Source of the DNA: Mycobacterium leprae TN
GTDB taxonomy: Bacteria > Actinomycetota > Actinomycetes > Mycobacteriales > Mycobacteriaceae
Assembly (NCBI RefSeq): GCF_000195855.1
Contig: NC_002677.1
Span: 330,001-362,000, forward strand
Length of the DNA: 32,000 bases
Direction: 5' to 3'
Part shown: positions 1 through 11,952 of the stretch, one piece after another
Layout of the letters: every line of letters starts with the position of its first letter
Numbering within the stretch: the first letter of the stretch is position 1
Notes under the pieces: generated by a model
Database searches by the model: none
What the model was told of the DNA's origin: nothing
The model's input: the letters and a program-made list of their open reading frames with translations, nothing else
Translations under genes and position numbers: made by a program

Positions 1-1741
1 GGAGGACGCGTTTGGCTTCACCGAGACCGTCGACCAGCTCACCGCGATCACCGAGGTCAAGGGCGATATGGAAAAGTCGGTGCCGATGGACCGAGTGATC
101 TGCGGTGACGTTGGTTACGGCAAGGCCGAGATCGCGGTGCGTGCGGCGTTCAAGGCAGTGCAGGACGGCAAGCAGGTTGCCGTATTGGTACCGACCACAT
201 TGCTGGCCGACCAGCATCTGCGGACGTTCACCGAACGGATGGCCGGATTTCCGGTGACTGTCAAGGGGTTGTCACGGTTCACCGACGCCGCCGAGTCTCG
301 CGCGGTGATCGACGGCCTTGCCGAGGGGTCGGTGGACATCGTGATCGGCACGCATCGGCTGCTGCAGACCGGGGTGTGCTGGAAGGATCTGGGTCTAGTC
401 GTGGTTGACGAGGAACAGTGGTTCGGCGTCGAGCACAAGGAGCACATCAAGTCGCTGCGCACCCACGTCGACGTGCTGACCATGAGCGCCACCCCGATCC
501 CGCGCACCCTAGAGATGAGCTTGGCTGGGATTCGCGAGATGTCGACGATCCTGACGCCGCCCGAAGAGCGCTACCCGGTTTTGACTTATGTAGGGCCGCA
601 CGATGACAAGCAGGTCGCGGCTGCGCTGCGGCGCGAACTTCTGCGCGATGGGCAGGCGTTTTATGTGCATAACCGGGTCAGCTCCATCTATCAGGCCGCT
701 GCCCGGGTGTGTGGCTTGGTGCCCGAAGCGCGCGTGGTGGTCGCGCATGGGCAGATGCCCGAGGATCTGCTGGAAACCACCATGCGGGGGTTCTGGAACC
801 GCGAATACGACATCTTAGTGTGCACCACGATCGTGGAGACCGGCTTGGACATCCCCAACGCCAACACGCTCGTCGTCGAGCGCGCCGATACCTTCGGTCT
901 GTCTCAGCTGCACCAGCTGCGGGGTCGGGTCGGCCGTAGCCACGAGCGTGGTTACGCCTACTTCCTCTACCCGCCGCAGGCGCCGCTGACGGAGATCGCC
1001 TACGACCGGTTGGTGACCATCGCACAGAACAATGAGCTGGGAGCGGGCATGGCGGTCGCGCTCAAGGACCTAGAGATCCGCGGCGCCGGCAACGTGCTAG
1101 GTGTCGAGCAGTCCGGGCACGTAGCAGGGGTCGGATTCGACCTTTATGTGCGGCTGGTGGGTGAGGCCGTCGAGGCGTACCGAGCCGTTGCCGACGGCAA
1201 AACCGCCATTACTCCGGAGGAGCCGAAGGATGTACGGATCGACTTGCCGGTGGATGCACACCTGCCGCCAGATTACATCGCCAGTGATCGGCTCCGACTT
1301 GAAGGCTACCGGCGGTTGGCCGCGGCGTCTTCTGACACAGAGGTAGCGGCCGTTGTGGACGAGCTCATTGATCGCTACGGGGCACTGCCAGAGCCGGCCC
1401 AGCGGTTGGTGGCGGTGGCTCAGTTGCGGCTGCTGTGTCGAGGCTCGGGCATCATCGAAGTGACCGCCCCGTCGGCCTCTACCATGCGGTTGTCCCCAAT
1501 TAGGCTGATAGATTCCGCCCAAGTGAGGTTAAAGCGGATGTATCCCGGAGCGCAGTACCGTGCTACCGCGGCCACGGTCCAGGTTCCTATACCGCGAGCC
1601 GGCAGCTCCGGGGGAACCTTAGGTGTCCCGTGTATCCGCGATGTGGAATTGGTTCAGGCGGTGGCTGACTTGATCACGGCGCTGCAGGGCCTACCGAGGA
1701 AGGTTATTGGCATAACGGGACCGGAACCGACATCGAAGTGA
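1..1741 (+). CDS. mfd: Transcription-repair coupling factor Mfd, C-terminal ~580 aa (5' end lies upstream of the window)
   Basis: ORF 68..1741 stays open in the same frame back to base 2 ([23 protein letters not shown]...). SF2 helicase motifs are present in order: GDVGYGK(A), TLLADQH, GTHRLL, DEEQ(W)[31 protein letters not shown], then the TRG-type [11 protein letters not shown]. It is colinear with mycobacterial Mfd (Rv1020) as I remember it. Two motif residues are atypical (see findings). Confidence 0.92.
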   Translation, partial: EDAFGFTETVDQLTAITEVKGDMEKSVPMDRVICGDVGYGKAEIAVRAAFKAVQDGKQVAVLVPTTLLADQHLRTFTERMAGFPVTVKGLSRFTDAAESRAVIDGLAEGSVDIVIGTHRLLQTGVCWKDLGLVVVDEEQWFGVEHKEHIKSLRTHVDVLTMSATPIPRTLEMSLAGIREMSTILTPPEERYPVLTYVGPHDDKQVAAALRRELLRDGQAFYVHNRVSSIYQAAARVCGLVPEARVVVAHGQMPEDLLETTMRGFWNREYDILVCTTIVETGLDIPNANTLVVERADTFGLSQLHQLRGRVGRSHERGYAYFLYPPQAPLTEIAYDRLVTIAQNNELGAGMAVALKDLEIRGAGNVLGVEQSGHVAGVGFDLYVRLVGEAVEAYRAVADGKTAITPEEPKDVRIDLPVDAHLPPDYIASDRLRLEGYRRLAAASSDTEVAAVVDELIDRYGALPEPAQRLVAVAQLRLLCRGSGIIEVTAPSASTMRLSPIRLIDSAQVRLKRMYPGAQYRATAATVQVPIPRAGSSGGTLGVPCIRDVELVQAVADLITALQGLPRKVIGITGPEPTSK

Positions 1742-1756
1742 GGAATAACAGGTTCG

Positions 1757-2640
1757 GTGAACGTGGTTTTGTTTGACCCGCGTTGCCCTGGTCACTGCCG
1801 GCGGCGCGTCCTGCGCATTCCGGTGATGATGTGCCGCTGTTGTTGTCGTCCGACCCGAGCCGCCTCGCCGTCATTGTGTGACCGACCTCCGGTTCCCGGC
1901 TGATTTCGGCACCGGAGGCTCCGCATGGCGAGCGGCTGGTCGACGCCTTCGCGATGATGCACAAACTGCGCACAGCTGGCCTTTGGGAAGGGGACTAGAT
2001 CCACGACTCGTTGCGTGAAGAACTAGGCTACGTGTTGTTACAGGTTCTCTTCCATGCTTGCATCGTAGAGGGCGTGCTGCAACTTCCTTTCACTGTCGAA
2101 GACGTCGCTGTTGCGCTGATGGGCAAGTTGTGCCATCGAGTACTGGCAGTGCTTGCAGTCAGCCAATTTCGCCTGATAACCAATTAGCTCAGTGGGAAGA
2201 GTGCACGGACCCTGAAAAGCAGCGGAACTCAGTGATAGACGACGTCTGTGTCGGCCAGTCTGCATTAGTTTTTGGAGCAAAAGGGGATTCAACGTTCCGA
2301 AAAAACTAGATGGCCTGCTGGCCTGATCCTCAACCAGATCACTTTAATCTCGATATCCGGTGATGTAGACGTTGAGTCGCGCAGCTGTTTTGGAGTTTGT
2401 GTATACGGTCTGCGGCGGTGAGGAAGCTATTGTCGCCGCGCGCTGCGGCGAAAGCATGCTTAAATAGTTTGACGTAAACTCTACTCGGCTAGATAGCCGA
2501 TGACGTCATGGCGCGCCCACTGGCCATCCGGCACCTAGGCTGTCGGCGAGGAGTCCGAGCCGCAGAATGCCGATTCCGACGAGAACAGCGCAGCGGATAC
2601 CGGGGGTCTCGAGACGACTCCAAGCTTGACGCCGAACCCA
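1757..2640 (+). pseudogene. mazG: mazG (NTP pyrophosphohydrolase) pseudogene
   Basis: GTG 1757 opens VNVVLFDPR. MazG-like pieces follow in changing frames: DVPLLLSSDP, GERLVDAFAMMHKLRTAG, IHDSLREELGYVLLQVLFHA, FTVEDVA, LAQWEECTDPEKQRNSVIDDV, AHWPS. There is an in-frame TAG at 1996..1998 and further stops. The segment between DSLR and EELG, which should hold the EExxE catalytic helix, is missing. The position directly after mfd matches Rv1021. Confidence 0.8.
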
Positions 2641-2720
2641 AAGTGTCTAAGCGGTGCTAACACCGGTACATCCGCATTTCCAACCAGCAATCACCATAGT
2701 GTTTGCTATAATGACTTTCC

Positions 2721-2752
2721 TGTATTAATTGACCTTTAGATCAATTAATACA
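2721..2752. repeat. Perfect AT-rich palindrome: 12-bp arms (tgtattaattga / tcaattaataca) with an 8-nt spacer
   Basis: Read directly from the sequence. It lies between the mazG and lpqU-like pseudogenes. Confidence 0.9.
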
Positions 2753-2799
2753 ACCAACACCGAATACCCATACTAGCTGTATGTTGTTAGTAGCTGATC

Positions 2800-5094
<2,295 letters not shown>

Positions 5095-5128
5095 GTGACA
5101 GCCAATCAGGAACACTGCTAGATTTCCC

Positions 5129-5812
5129 ATGTCCGAAGCGAAACGGCTAGATCCGAAGCGCCGCTCCCCGGCATCGCGTCCGGGGAAAGCCGGCGACTCG
5201 GTTCGAGGTCGTCGCTCCACCAAGCCCGTCGCTAAGCTGTCCGTCAAGCCTTCCCGGACTACACCGGCATCGTCCCACTCCGGTCGTAACTCGACGCGGA
5301 TGCTGACTCAGCATGTGGTTGAGCCTATCAGACAGTCGATCATCGAATCCCGTGAACGGCGGTCCGATCAGCAGTTGGGTTTTACCGCGCGGCGCGCGGC
5401 GGTGCTGGCCGCCGTTGTTTGTGTGCTGACACTGACCATTGCCGGGCCTGTACGCACCTACTTCGCGCAACACGCCGAGATAGAGCAGTTGGCGGCAACC
5501 GAAGCCACATTGCGCCGCCAAATTGCAGATCTCGAGCAGCAGAAAGGCAAACTCGCTGACTCGGCCTACATTGCGGCGCGGGCCCGCGAGCGCCTCGGTT
5601 TTGTGATGCCCGGAGATGTGCCGTTTCAAGTCCAGCTTCCATCGACGGCTGCGGTGTCCTCGCAACCAGGGGGCCGCGCCGCGAAACCAGCCAACAACGA
5701 CCCGTGGTACACTTCGCTATGGCATAATATCGCTGATGCTCCGCACCTACCGCCAGGTGCCGGCACGCCGCCGTTTTCACTCACTCCGCTATCCACTACG
5801 TCCGGTGGTTGA
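5129..5812 (+). CDS. ftsB: Septum formation initiator family protein (FtsB/DivIC-like, Rv1024-like)
   Basis: 227-aa ORF with a basic, disordered N-terminus and one TM helix (AAVLAAVVCVLTLTIAG). A coiled coil plus the DivIC-type motif LRRQIADLEQQKGKLADSAYIAARARERLGFVMPGDVPF follows, then a Pro-rich tail. It lies directly after eno, as in other mycobacteria. Confidence 0.8.
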   Translation: MSEAKRLDPKRRSPASRPGKAGDSVRGRRSTKPVAKLSVKPSRTTPASSHSGRNSTRMLTQHVVEPIRQSIIESRERRSDQQLGFTARRAAVLAAVVCVLTLTIAGPVRTYFAQHAEIEQLAATEATLRRQIADLEQQKGKLADSAYIAARARERLGFVMPGDVPFQVQLPSTAAVSSQPGGRAAKPANNDPWYTSLWHNIADAPHLPPGAGTPPFSLTPLSTTSGG

Positions 5813-6308
5813 CCGTGCCGATCTGGAAGCAGTGGCTCGGCACCTAGGTCGCGAGCCTCGCGGGGTCCTCGAGATCGCCTACCGTTGCCCCAGCGGTGAG
5901 CCCGGTGTTGTCAAAACCGCTCCGAAACTTGATGACGGCACCCCGTTTCCGACGTTGTATTACCTAACGCATCCGGTCCTCATTGCCGCAGCGAGCCGGC
6001 TGGAATCGACCGGACTGATGCGCGAGATGACCGAGCGACTGGGCCAGGATCCCGAGCTGGCTGCCGGGTATCGACGAGCACACGAATCGTATCTGACCGA
6101 GCGGGATGCAATCGAGTCGCTGGGGACCACGTTCTCTGCTGGAGGTATGCCCGACCGGGTTAAGTGTCTGCACGTGCTGATTGCTCATTCGCTGGCCAAG
6201 GGGCCCGGGTTGAACTCGCTCGGTGACGAGGTGCTCGCGCTGTTGGCCGCCGATCCGAAGACGGCTGCGACCCTAGTAGCAGGGCAATGGAAGGAATGTG
6301 ACCGGTGA
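5805..6308 (+). CDS. DUF501 family protein (Rv1025-like)
   Basis: The conserved part begins at VVDRADLEAVARHLGREPRG. GTG 5805 overlaps the ftsB-like stop (GTGGTTGA, 5805..5812). The listed ORF start at 5616 lies inside the upstream gene in another frame and is unlikely to be used. The stop overlaps the ppx start. Confidence 0.78.
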   Translation: MVDRADLEAVARHLGREPRGVLEIAYRCPSGEPGVVKTAPKLDDGTPFPTLYYLTHPVLIAAASRLESTGLMREMTERLGQDPELAAGYRRAHESYLTERDAIESLGTTFSAGGMPDRVKCLHVLIAHSLAKGPGLNSLGDEVLALLAADPKTAATLVAGQWKECDR

Positions 6309-7258
6309 GTCGGGTCGCCGCGATTGACTGTGGTACCAACTCGATTCGGTTGCTGATTGCCGATGTGGCGGGCAGGAAGTTGCGCGATGTGCATCGTGAG
6401 ATGAGGATCGTGCGGCTGGGACAAGGAGTCGACGCAACGGGCGAGTTTGCGCTGGACGCGATTGCCCGGACCCGGGCCGCGCTGGTCGATTATACTGCGC
6501 TGCTAAGTGCTCACCGCGTCGAACGGGTGCGCATGGTTGCCACGTCGGCCGCGCGCGATGTCGTCAATCGTGATGTGCTCTTTGCAATGACAGCCGACGT
6601 GCTTGGCACCGTGATCCCTGGATCTGTAGCGGAGGTGATCACCGGGGCCGAGGAAGCTGACCTGTCTTTTGATGGTGCTGTCGGCGAATTAGATAGCGCT
6701 GGTGCGCCTTTCGTCGTTATCGACTTAGGTGGTGGATCTACCGAGATCGTTCTTGGTGGTGGTTCGGCGGAGTGCGGGGTCGTGGCGAGCTATTCGGCCG
6801 ACATCGGCTGCGTGCGGCTTACAGAACGTTGTTTGCACTCCGATCCGCCGACACCCGAGGAAGTCGCTGCGGCCCGCAAGGTGGTACGTGAACGGCTCGA
6901 AGTGGCATTGCAGATGGTATCGGTTGAGCAAGCACGGACCTGGGTTGGGCTGGCTGGGACGATGACCACACTGTCTGCCCTGGCACAGAATATGATGACG
7001 TACGACGCTGCGGCCATTCATCTTTCGCGAGTGCGCGGCAGTGATCTCATGGAAGTCTGTGACAGGCTGATCGGCATGACGCGCGTACAGCGCGTCGCGC
7101 TGCCGTCGATGCATGCGAGCCGGGCCGACGTGATCGGCGGTGGTGCGGTCCTGGTCCAGGAGTTGGTGCGCGAGCTGCGTACCTGGGCGGGAATCGACGA
7201 GCTGATCGTCAGCGAACGTGACATTCTGGATGGCATCGTGCTCTCGATCGCGGGGTAA
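6305..7258 (+). CDS. ppx: Exopolyphosphatase, Ppx/GppA family (Rv1026-like)
   Basis: 317 aa. ASKHA-fold phosphate motifs are present: AAIDCGTNSIRLLIAD, MVATSAARD, DLGGGSTE. The GTG start overlaps the upstream stop (GTGA at 6305..6308). Confidence 0.9.
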   Translation: MSRVAAIDCGTNSIRLLIADVAGRKLRDVHREMRIVRLGQGVDATGEFALDAIARTRAALVDYTALLSAHRVERVRMVATSAARDVVNRDVLFAMTADVLGTVIPGSVAEVITGAEEADLSFDGAVGELDSAGAPFVVIDLGGGSTEIVLGGGSAECGVVASYSADIGCVRLTERCLHSDPPTPEEVAAARKVVRERLEVALQMVSVEQARTWVGLAGTMTTLSALAQNMMTYDAAAIHLSRVRGSDLMEVCDRLIGMTRVQRVALPSMHASRADVIGGGAVLVQELVRELRTWAGIDELIVSERDILDGIVLSIAG

Positions 7259-7530
7259 GCTCCGGTCGATGTCACGGCTGGTACCGCAGAATTGTTGACC
7301 GAGTGGTGGGTTGCTTAAGGTTGACCAACGGTTTGTGGTTCGCGCGGACATAGAGGAGTTGACCTGTCTCCACTGATGAGTGCACCCCAATGGCGAACCG
7401 ATATAACCAACCGTTTCGCTGCTACATTCTGTTGTCGAAAAAATTAGCATCGACTGCTTCACAAGTTTTTTTTAAAAAACTTGCCAAGGCCCTTCGACGA
7501 AGTTAACGGTTACTGCAGGGTGCAATCTGC

Positions 7531-9330
7531 ATGACGGTCGATTATACGAATGACTCCGCTACCCATGTGCACGCGGAGAAGCGGTCAATCGAGCGGACAG
7601 TCCACGCTTTTGCGGTGTCCATAATTTTGGATTGGCTGGCTATTTGCGTTGTTCTCACTGTCTTCGTGCCATCGCTGGAAGTGGTCGAGCAAGGCGCGTT
7701 CGGTACATTGGTCAGGTGTTCCACGAAGGGAATGCCGATAGTTTAAGCGATAACCGTGTTGGAGAGTAACCAACTGCTAGGTGACGCAGCTCATAAGTAT
7801 TACGACGTAATGATACAGAACTGGTAGCAGCACGTTAAAACGTGCTAGATTTCTATGCTGATACCATAATTGCGGCAGGCGCGCAAAGCAACTATATTAA
7901 GGACGTATCTGTACCATTGCTTCTGGCGGGTAATCGAGGAGAGCAGCTGGTCAATGAATCCCGTGAATGCCGTCCGTAAGATCGTCGCATATATACCTGC
8001 TCTGCCTGGTATTCAGACTTATGTAACAGGGGCATCGCCACTTATTGTGGATATGCGGCGCAGTGGTGAGACATTGGTGTTCGAGATCGCCGTGGCTTCG
8101 GTCGTTGTTATTTTGTTGTGTTGCTATTTTTCTATCGTTCGGTCATTAGCATCATTGCTTTGTCGTTCATGGTCACAGTTTAATTGACTGTGGTACGTGC
8201 AGTTGCCGATCTTCTCATGCATAGCGGTGCAGTTGGTCTTACCACCTTGTTAGGTCGTTTATATTTTAGACCGGCAAGGATTACGGGAGTTTCCTCTTCA
8301 GAGGCAGTATCAAGAGGAGAACCAGGCCGGCGAAACTAAAGGGTCCGCCTTTTATATCATGTACCGCGTAGCCGTTCATATCATTTTGGGAACTGACTTG
8401 ACTATTGCTGGTGCTATTTTGTGACTCGAATTTGCCCGGAGGCCCTCTTTTAGGAGCCTGGCGATTCTCACCGCGGGTAGAGGATGCTGATTACTTTGGC
8501 GGTCCGCGTTGAAATGGTGGACAAGAATGCTGGTTGTTGGAAGCCGTTTTGTCCTGTTCGACTTCAAAATTTTTTATTAAAGTTTGTTTTTGACGGTGAG
8601 TTGGCACTGTGGTAGTTCGCTACCCCCTGCCCGTTCTGACTGTCAGCAATGGTGATTGCTCTTGTCGGCTTTCGGGCTTCTGTGATTTATGATCAACTAC
8701 AATGACCTGGAATATTTACCCAACTTCGCTCCGGAAAATGAAGGATTTTCTGTCACGAATAATCACTTCTACTCTGCCCGTATGAAGCCAGATATTTTAT
8801 ACGATAAAATTGGATAATAATATGCTAAATACGGCGGATTTTTTGATACTGGACAAGCTGGATAAAGGAATATTTCGCGTTACGCTAATCTGGCGTGTGC
8901 CGACCATTTTCCGATCCGACTAAACAGCAATCCATCACCCGCAAATACTGTTTTAGATCGGCATGTGGAACACATGTTCATGTACAGTTTTTATTGTTTA
9001 GTACTAACGTATGAATGAATTGCGTAAAGTATGCTCACTAGATAGCTAAAAAACGGCTACTATATAGAAATATGGACACTTTTTCATCGAATTTCGAGAA
9101 TATATACCGCCTGGATGATGATACTGTAGAGATGTGAGAAATAGCTAATTTGGTACACAAAATAATATCGCAGATTTGACTATTTTGGGTGACCAAATCG
9201 CAGCTATTTATATCGGGTAAAAGCTGCTTAGTTATGTTAACATTCTGGCCATTTCAGTCGATATTTGACGTATTGAGTAGCTTGGAGTGGGACGGAGACC
9301 CTGCAATTCACCGAGGACTCCTTGGCGGGC
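7531..9330 (+). pseudogene. MmpL (RND-type lipid transporter) pseudogene, 3' truncated
   Basis: MmpL-colinear fragments occur in shifting frames with many stops: AVSIILDWLAICVVLTVFVPSLEVVEQ (N-terminal TM1), VRKIVAYIPALPGIQTYVTGASPLIVDM...[96 protein letters not shown]. Only about 1.8 kb of an expected ~2.9 kb is present. Confidence 0.75.
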
Positions 9331-9374
9331 GTGCCGAGTGTAGAGGACTAGTCAGGAATTCGTAATCGGAAGTC

Positions 9375-10596
9375 TCACCTGAAAATTGTTCGGTTGTTAG
9401 CTGATTCGGTGATAACCGAGCCATGATGCGCCTTGACGATCCAGCTTACGATGGCCTGGCTCAAGCTATTGCCTAACCCATTATCCCAGGATTTGCCCGA
9501 GCAGACGAACTGCTTGAATAGCCGTGGCAGGGTGTCGACGTCAACTGTCAGACCCATCGTTACTAATCGCCCGTTTGTCGTCTGGCCCACTGGGGTCGCC
9601 GCGTTGACGAGTGAGCTCGTCGTCACTGTTACGCCCGGCGGCGTGTGTACTCGGGCGTTGCTGAGCAGGTTGCTGACGAATTGGTGGCGTTGGGCGTGCT
9701 CACCTCGGCTCTATACCGGTTTGTCAGGCAGGTAATCGATCCAACGGTGCGTCGAGTCGCGCTTCCGCGTTTGTTCACTGCGGGAATCACCAGTTAGGCT
9801 AAGTCGCCATCGCTGGTAAAGGGTATCGTGGGTAGCTCCGCGATGACTCCGGCGTAACGGGCGAAGGGTGTATCCGGGGCCCCACCCGAACCGTGAGCGC
9901 CGCCGTGACCAGCGGTGCGCTAGCCATAAGAACGATGGTGGTTATGTTCTTTCGTGCAATGATTTGGTTGGTGAGGGTAGGAGCGACACGCCGACGACAA
10001 GGATGTCGGGATCCTTCCACACGGCAGTCAACCCGCTAGGGTTCCCGGCTGCCGAGGTTTTCGGTATGGGTCAGGCCGTCATTCACATCTGCGTTTCGAG
10101 AGCGCGTACCGCGTCGAGCGGCGCGGGGCGCGGCTGGTTTTCGGAGAAGAAGCTTGCCAAGCCTACCATGACGCCGTTGTTTAGCACGGTTAAGGTTTAC
10201 GGGCGTCTGTTCGGTGAATTCCAGCTGCGCCTTTTACAACGGCGAAGTATTGGCATGTGCAGAAGTATGTTCGCCGTTGAGGCATCTAGCGTATGGGTTA
10301 TCTAATGTGTGCAGACCCTCGGTGACCGTTGCGTATTTATCGCGGTGACATACCTGCGTGGGCTCAGCACGAAGACGACGCCGACGGCTACCAAGCACTA
10401 CACTGACGACAGCTCGTACGCCTAACAGCAACCTGGTGGCGCAACGGAACGGGTGAGTCATTATAGGAACTTTTCTGGATCGGACGTTTCGGTCTGTCGC
10501 CATATGGAGGCGTTCGGGAGTTATTCCGGTGGCCGCAGAATTGGCGCAGACGGTATGGATCATCGGTTTCTTACCGGAGTCGATCATTTCCTCCAA
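9375..10596 (-). pseudogene. Sensor histidine kinase pseudogene (possibly trcS-like by synteny)
   Basis: The C-terminal HATPase_c region is recognisable in ORF 9375..9626: LPRLFKQFV...GLGNSLSQAIVSWIVKAHHGSVITES. Upstream sequence is broken into short ORFs. It lies immediately downstream of the response-regulator pseudogene on the same strand. Confidence 0.6.
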
Positions 10597-11135
10597 TAAG
10601 AGATGGATAGATCGACGATGTTTGGTGCGCCTAGCGAAGGCGTAGTTCCAGACCTGGTCGATGGCAGCAGCGATATCGGCGTGCCGCTGCCGGGTAACTC
10701 ATGCGTCTGGCGGTGTCGACTTGCAAGTCGCCGACTTTGAGGACCTCGGCTGCGAGTGGGGGGTAGCTTGGTGGAGCGCCGCAACAACCCACGGAGTCGA
10801 GCGATCAGCTCCTCGAGGCTGAACGGCTTGGTCATGTCGTCGTTAGTTACCTACAGTTTAGGTTGGTTACTCGGTTCCTGACCGAGTTGCGCGCGTTAAG
10901 GAACAGCGTCGGGGTGTACGGTTGGACGCTTGGATTTGCTGTAGAATTCGTAGTACTTCCATGTCGGGGAGCACGATGTCAAGGACCAGTATGTCAGGGG
11001 CTGACCTTGTCAAACTTGGTTAGGGCTTCGTGTCCGTTGTGTACGCTTTACATCGCCCGGCCTTCATAGTGTAGGGCCATCTTCACCGGGTTGGTCAACG
11101 CCGGATCGTTGTCGACCAGCAAAACTCGGATCGGT
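10584..11135 (-). pseudogene. OmpR-family response regulator pseudogene (possibly trcR-like by synteny)
   Basis: Minus-strand reading gives (R)VLLVDNDPALTNPVKMALHYEGRAM*SVHNGHEALTKF...LNARNSV.NRV, then TKPFSLEELIARLRGLLRR (ORF 10584..10835). A degraded winged-helix part follows. Stops and frameshifts are present and no start codon is retained. Confidence 0.75.
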
Positions 11136-11749
11136 GTTCCGGTGGCCTGATAGATCTAAGGCAGCTGCCCAAGAGGATCCTAGCTACTCACATCCCGACA
11201 TTGCGGTATTTTCCTCATTTTTCTTGAGCACGTAATCTGATTATCGTAAATTATCCAATATGGATGCATTACCCAATTTCGGGCTGGAGTCCGAGCACCT
11301 ATGTGTTTACTAGTGCTGTATCAGTCTTCTTAATGTAGATAGTAAGCCAAAAAAATACTGTTATGTATATTTATTTGTCTTATGGATCGGCCACAATTGA
11401 CGTCAACTCCAGGCCCAGCCATGATTCGTCTGTCAGACCCGAGAGCACCGACTGGTAACCACTGTTGGCGCCATGCAGTTCGACGGCAAGTCCGTCTCAG
11501 CCCGCGTGCGGACAGGCACGGTGGCGGGCGGTCATCTCAGTTCGGCACGGCCCCGGTGTTGACGGCGGGTGTGGGCGTTTCCAGGCTGGCAACAGGGAGT
11601 ATGGCCGGGCGCGAGCCCGAGGTATGGGGCAGCAGGTTGTATTCCGCGCCAAGCTGATTCGGTGTTTGCTGGTTGGGTAAGGCTGTTTCCCAGTACACAC
11701 GAAAGGCCTGCACACCGCTTCGTATGCGTGACTTTCGTTGTGTGGTGTC

Positions 11750-11924
11750 AGGCTTATTGGCTTCTACGGCGTTGTCGGTGCTGGCCATGTTGTGTTACAG
11801 GAGGTCTGTAACTTTTGGGAGTGGGCGTGCTTGTAAATCAATGGATCCGGCCCAAAATCTTCGACAGTAAGCACATTACGGATGATGGCCCTATGGGCAT
11901 CGACATCGCTGAACTGATGATCAT
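11750..11924 (-). pseudogene. ESAT-6-like (esxI-type) pseudogene, heavily deleted
   Basis: AGGAG plus ATG at 11924, then MII/QFSDVDAHRAIIR, NVLTVEDF, IYKHAHSQK and NNMASTDNAVEA. These match MTINYQFGDVDAHGAMIR...DVLTASDFW...IYEQANAHGQKV...NNMAQTDSAV, with internal deletions and frameshifts. The native stop is lost. Confidence 0.65.
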
Positions 11925-11952
11925 TGTGATAGCGCTCCTGACATGTTAATGG

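Noticed and set aside
7294-7364. Three copies of gttgacc within 71 bp upstream of the MmpL remnant (7294, 7320, 7358)
   Set aside because: The 7-mer is short, its spacing is irregular (26 and 38 bp), and there is no palindromic partner. It could be -35-like hexamers or chance, and the downstream gene is dead.
6725-7462. 245-aa ORF on the minus strand
   Set aside because: It is almost entirely antisense to the well-supported ppx gene. Its composition is that of an out-of-frame GC-rich read-through, with no family signature.
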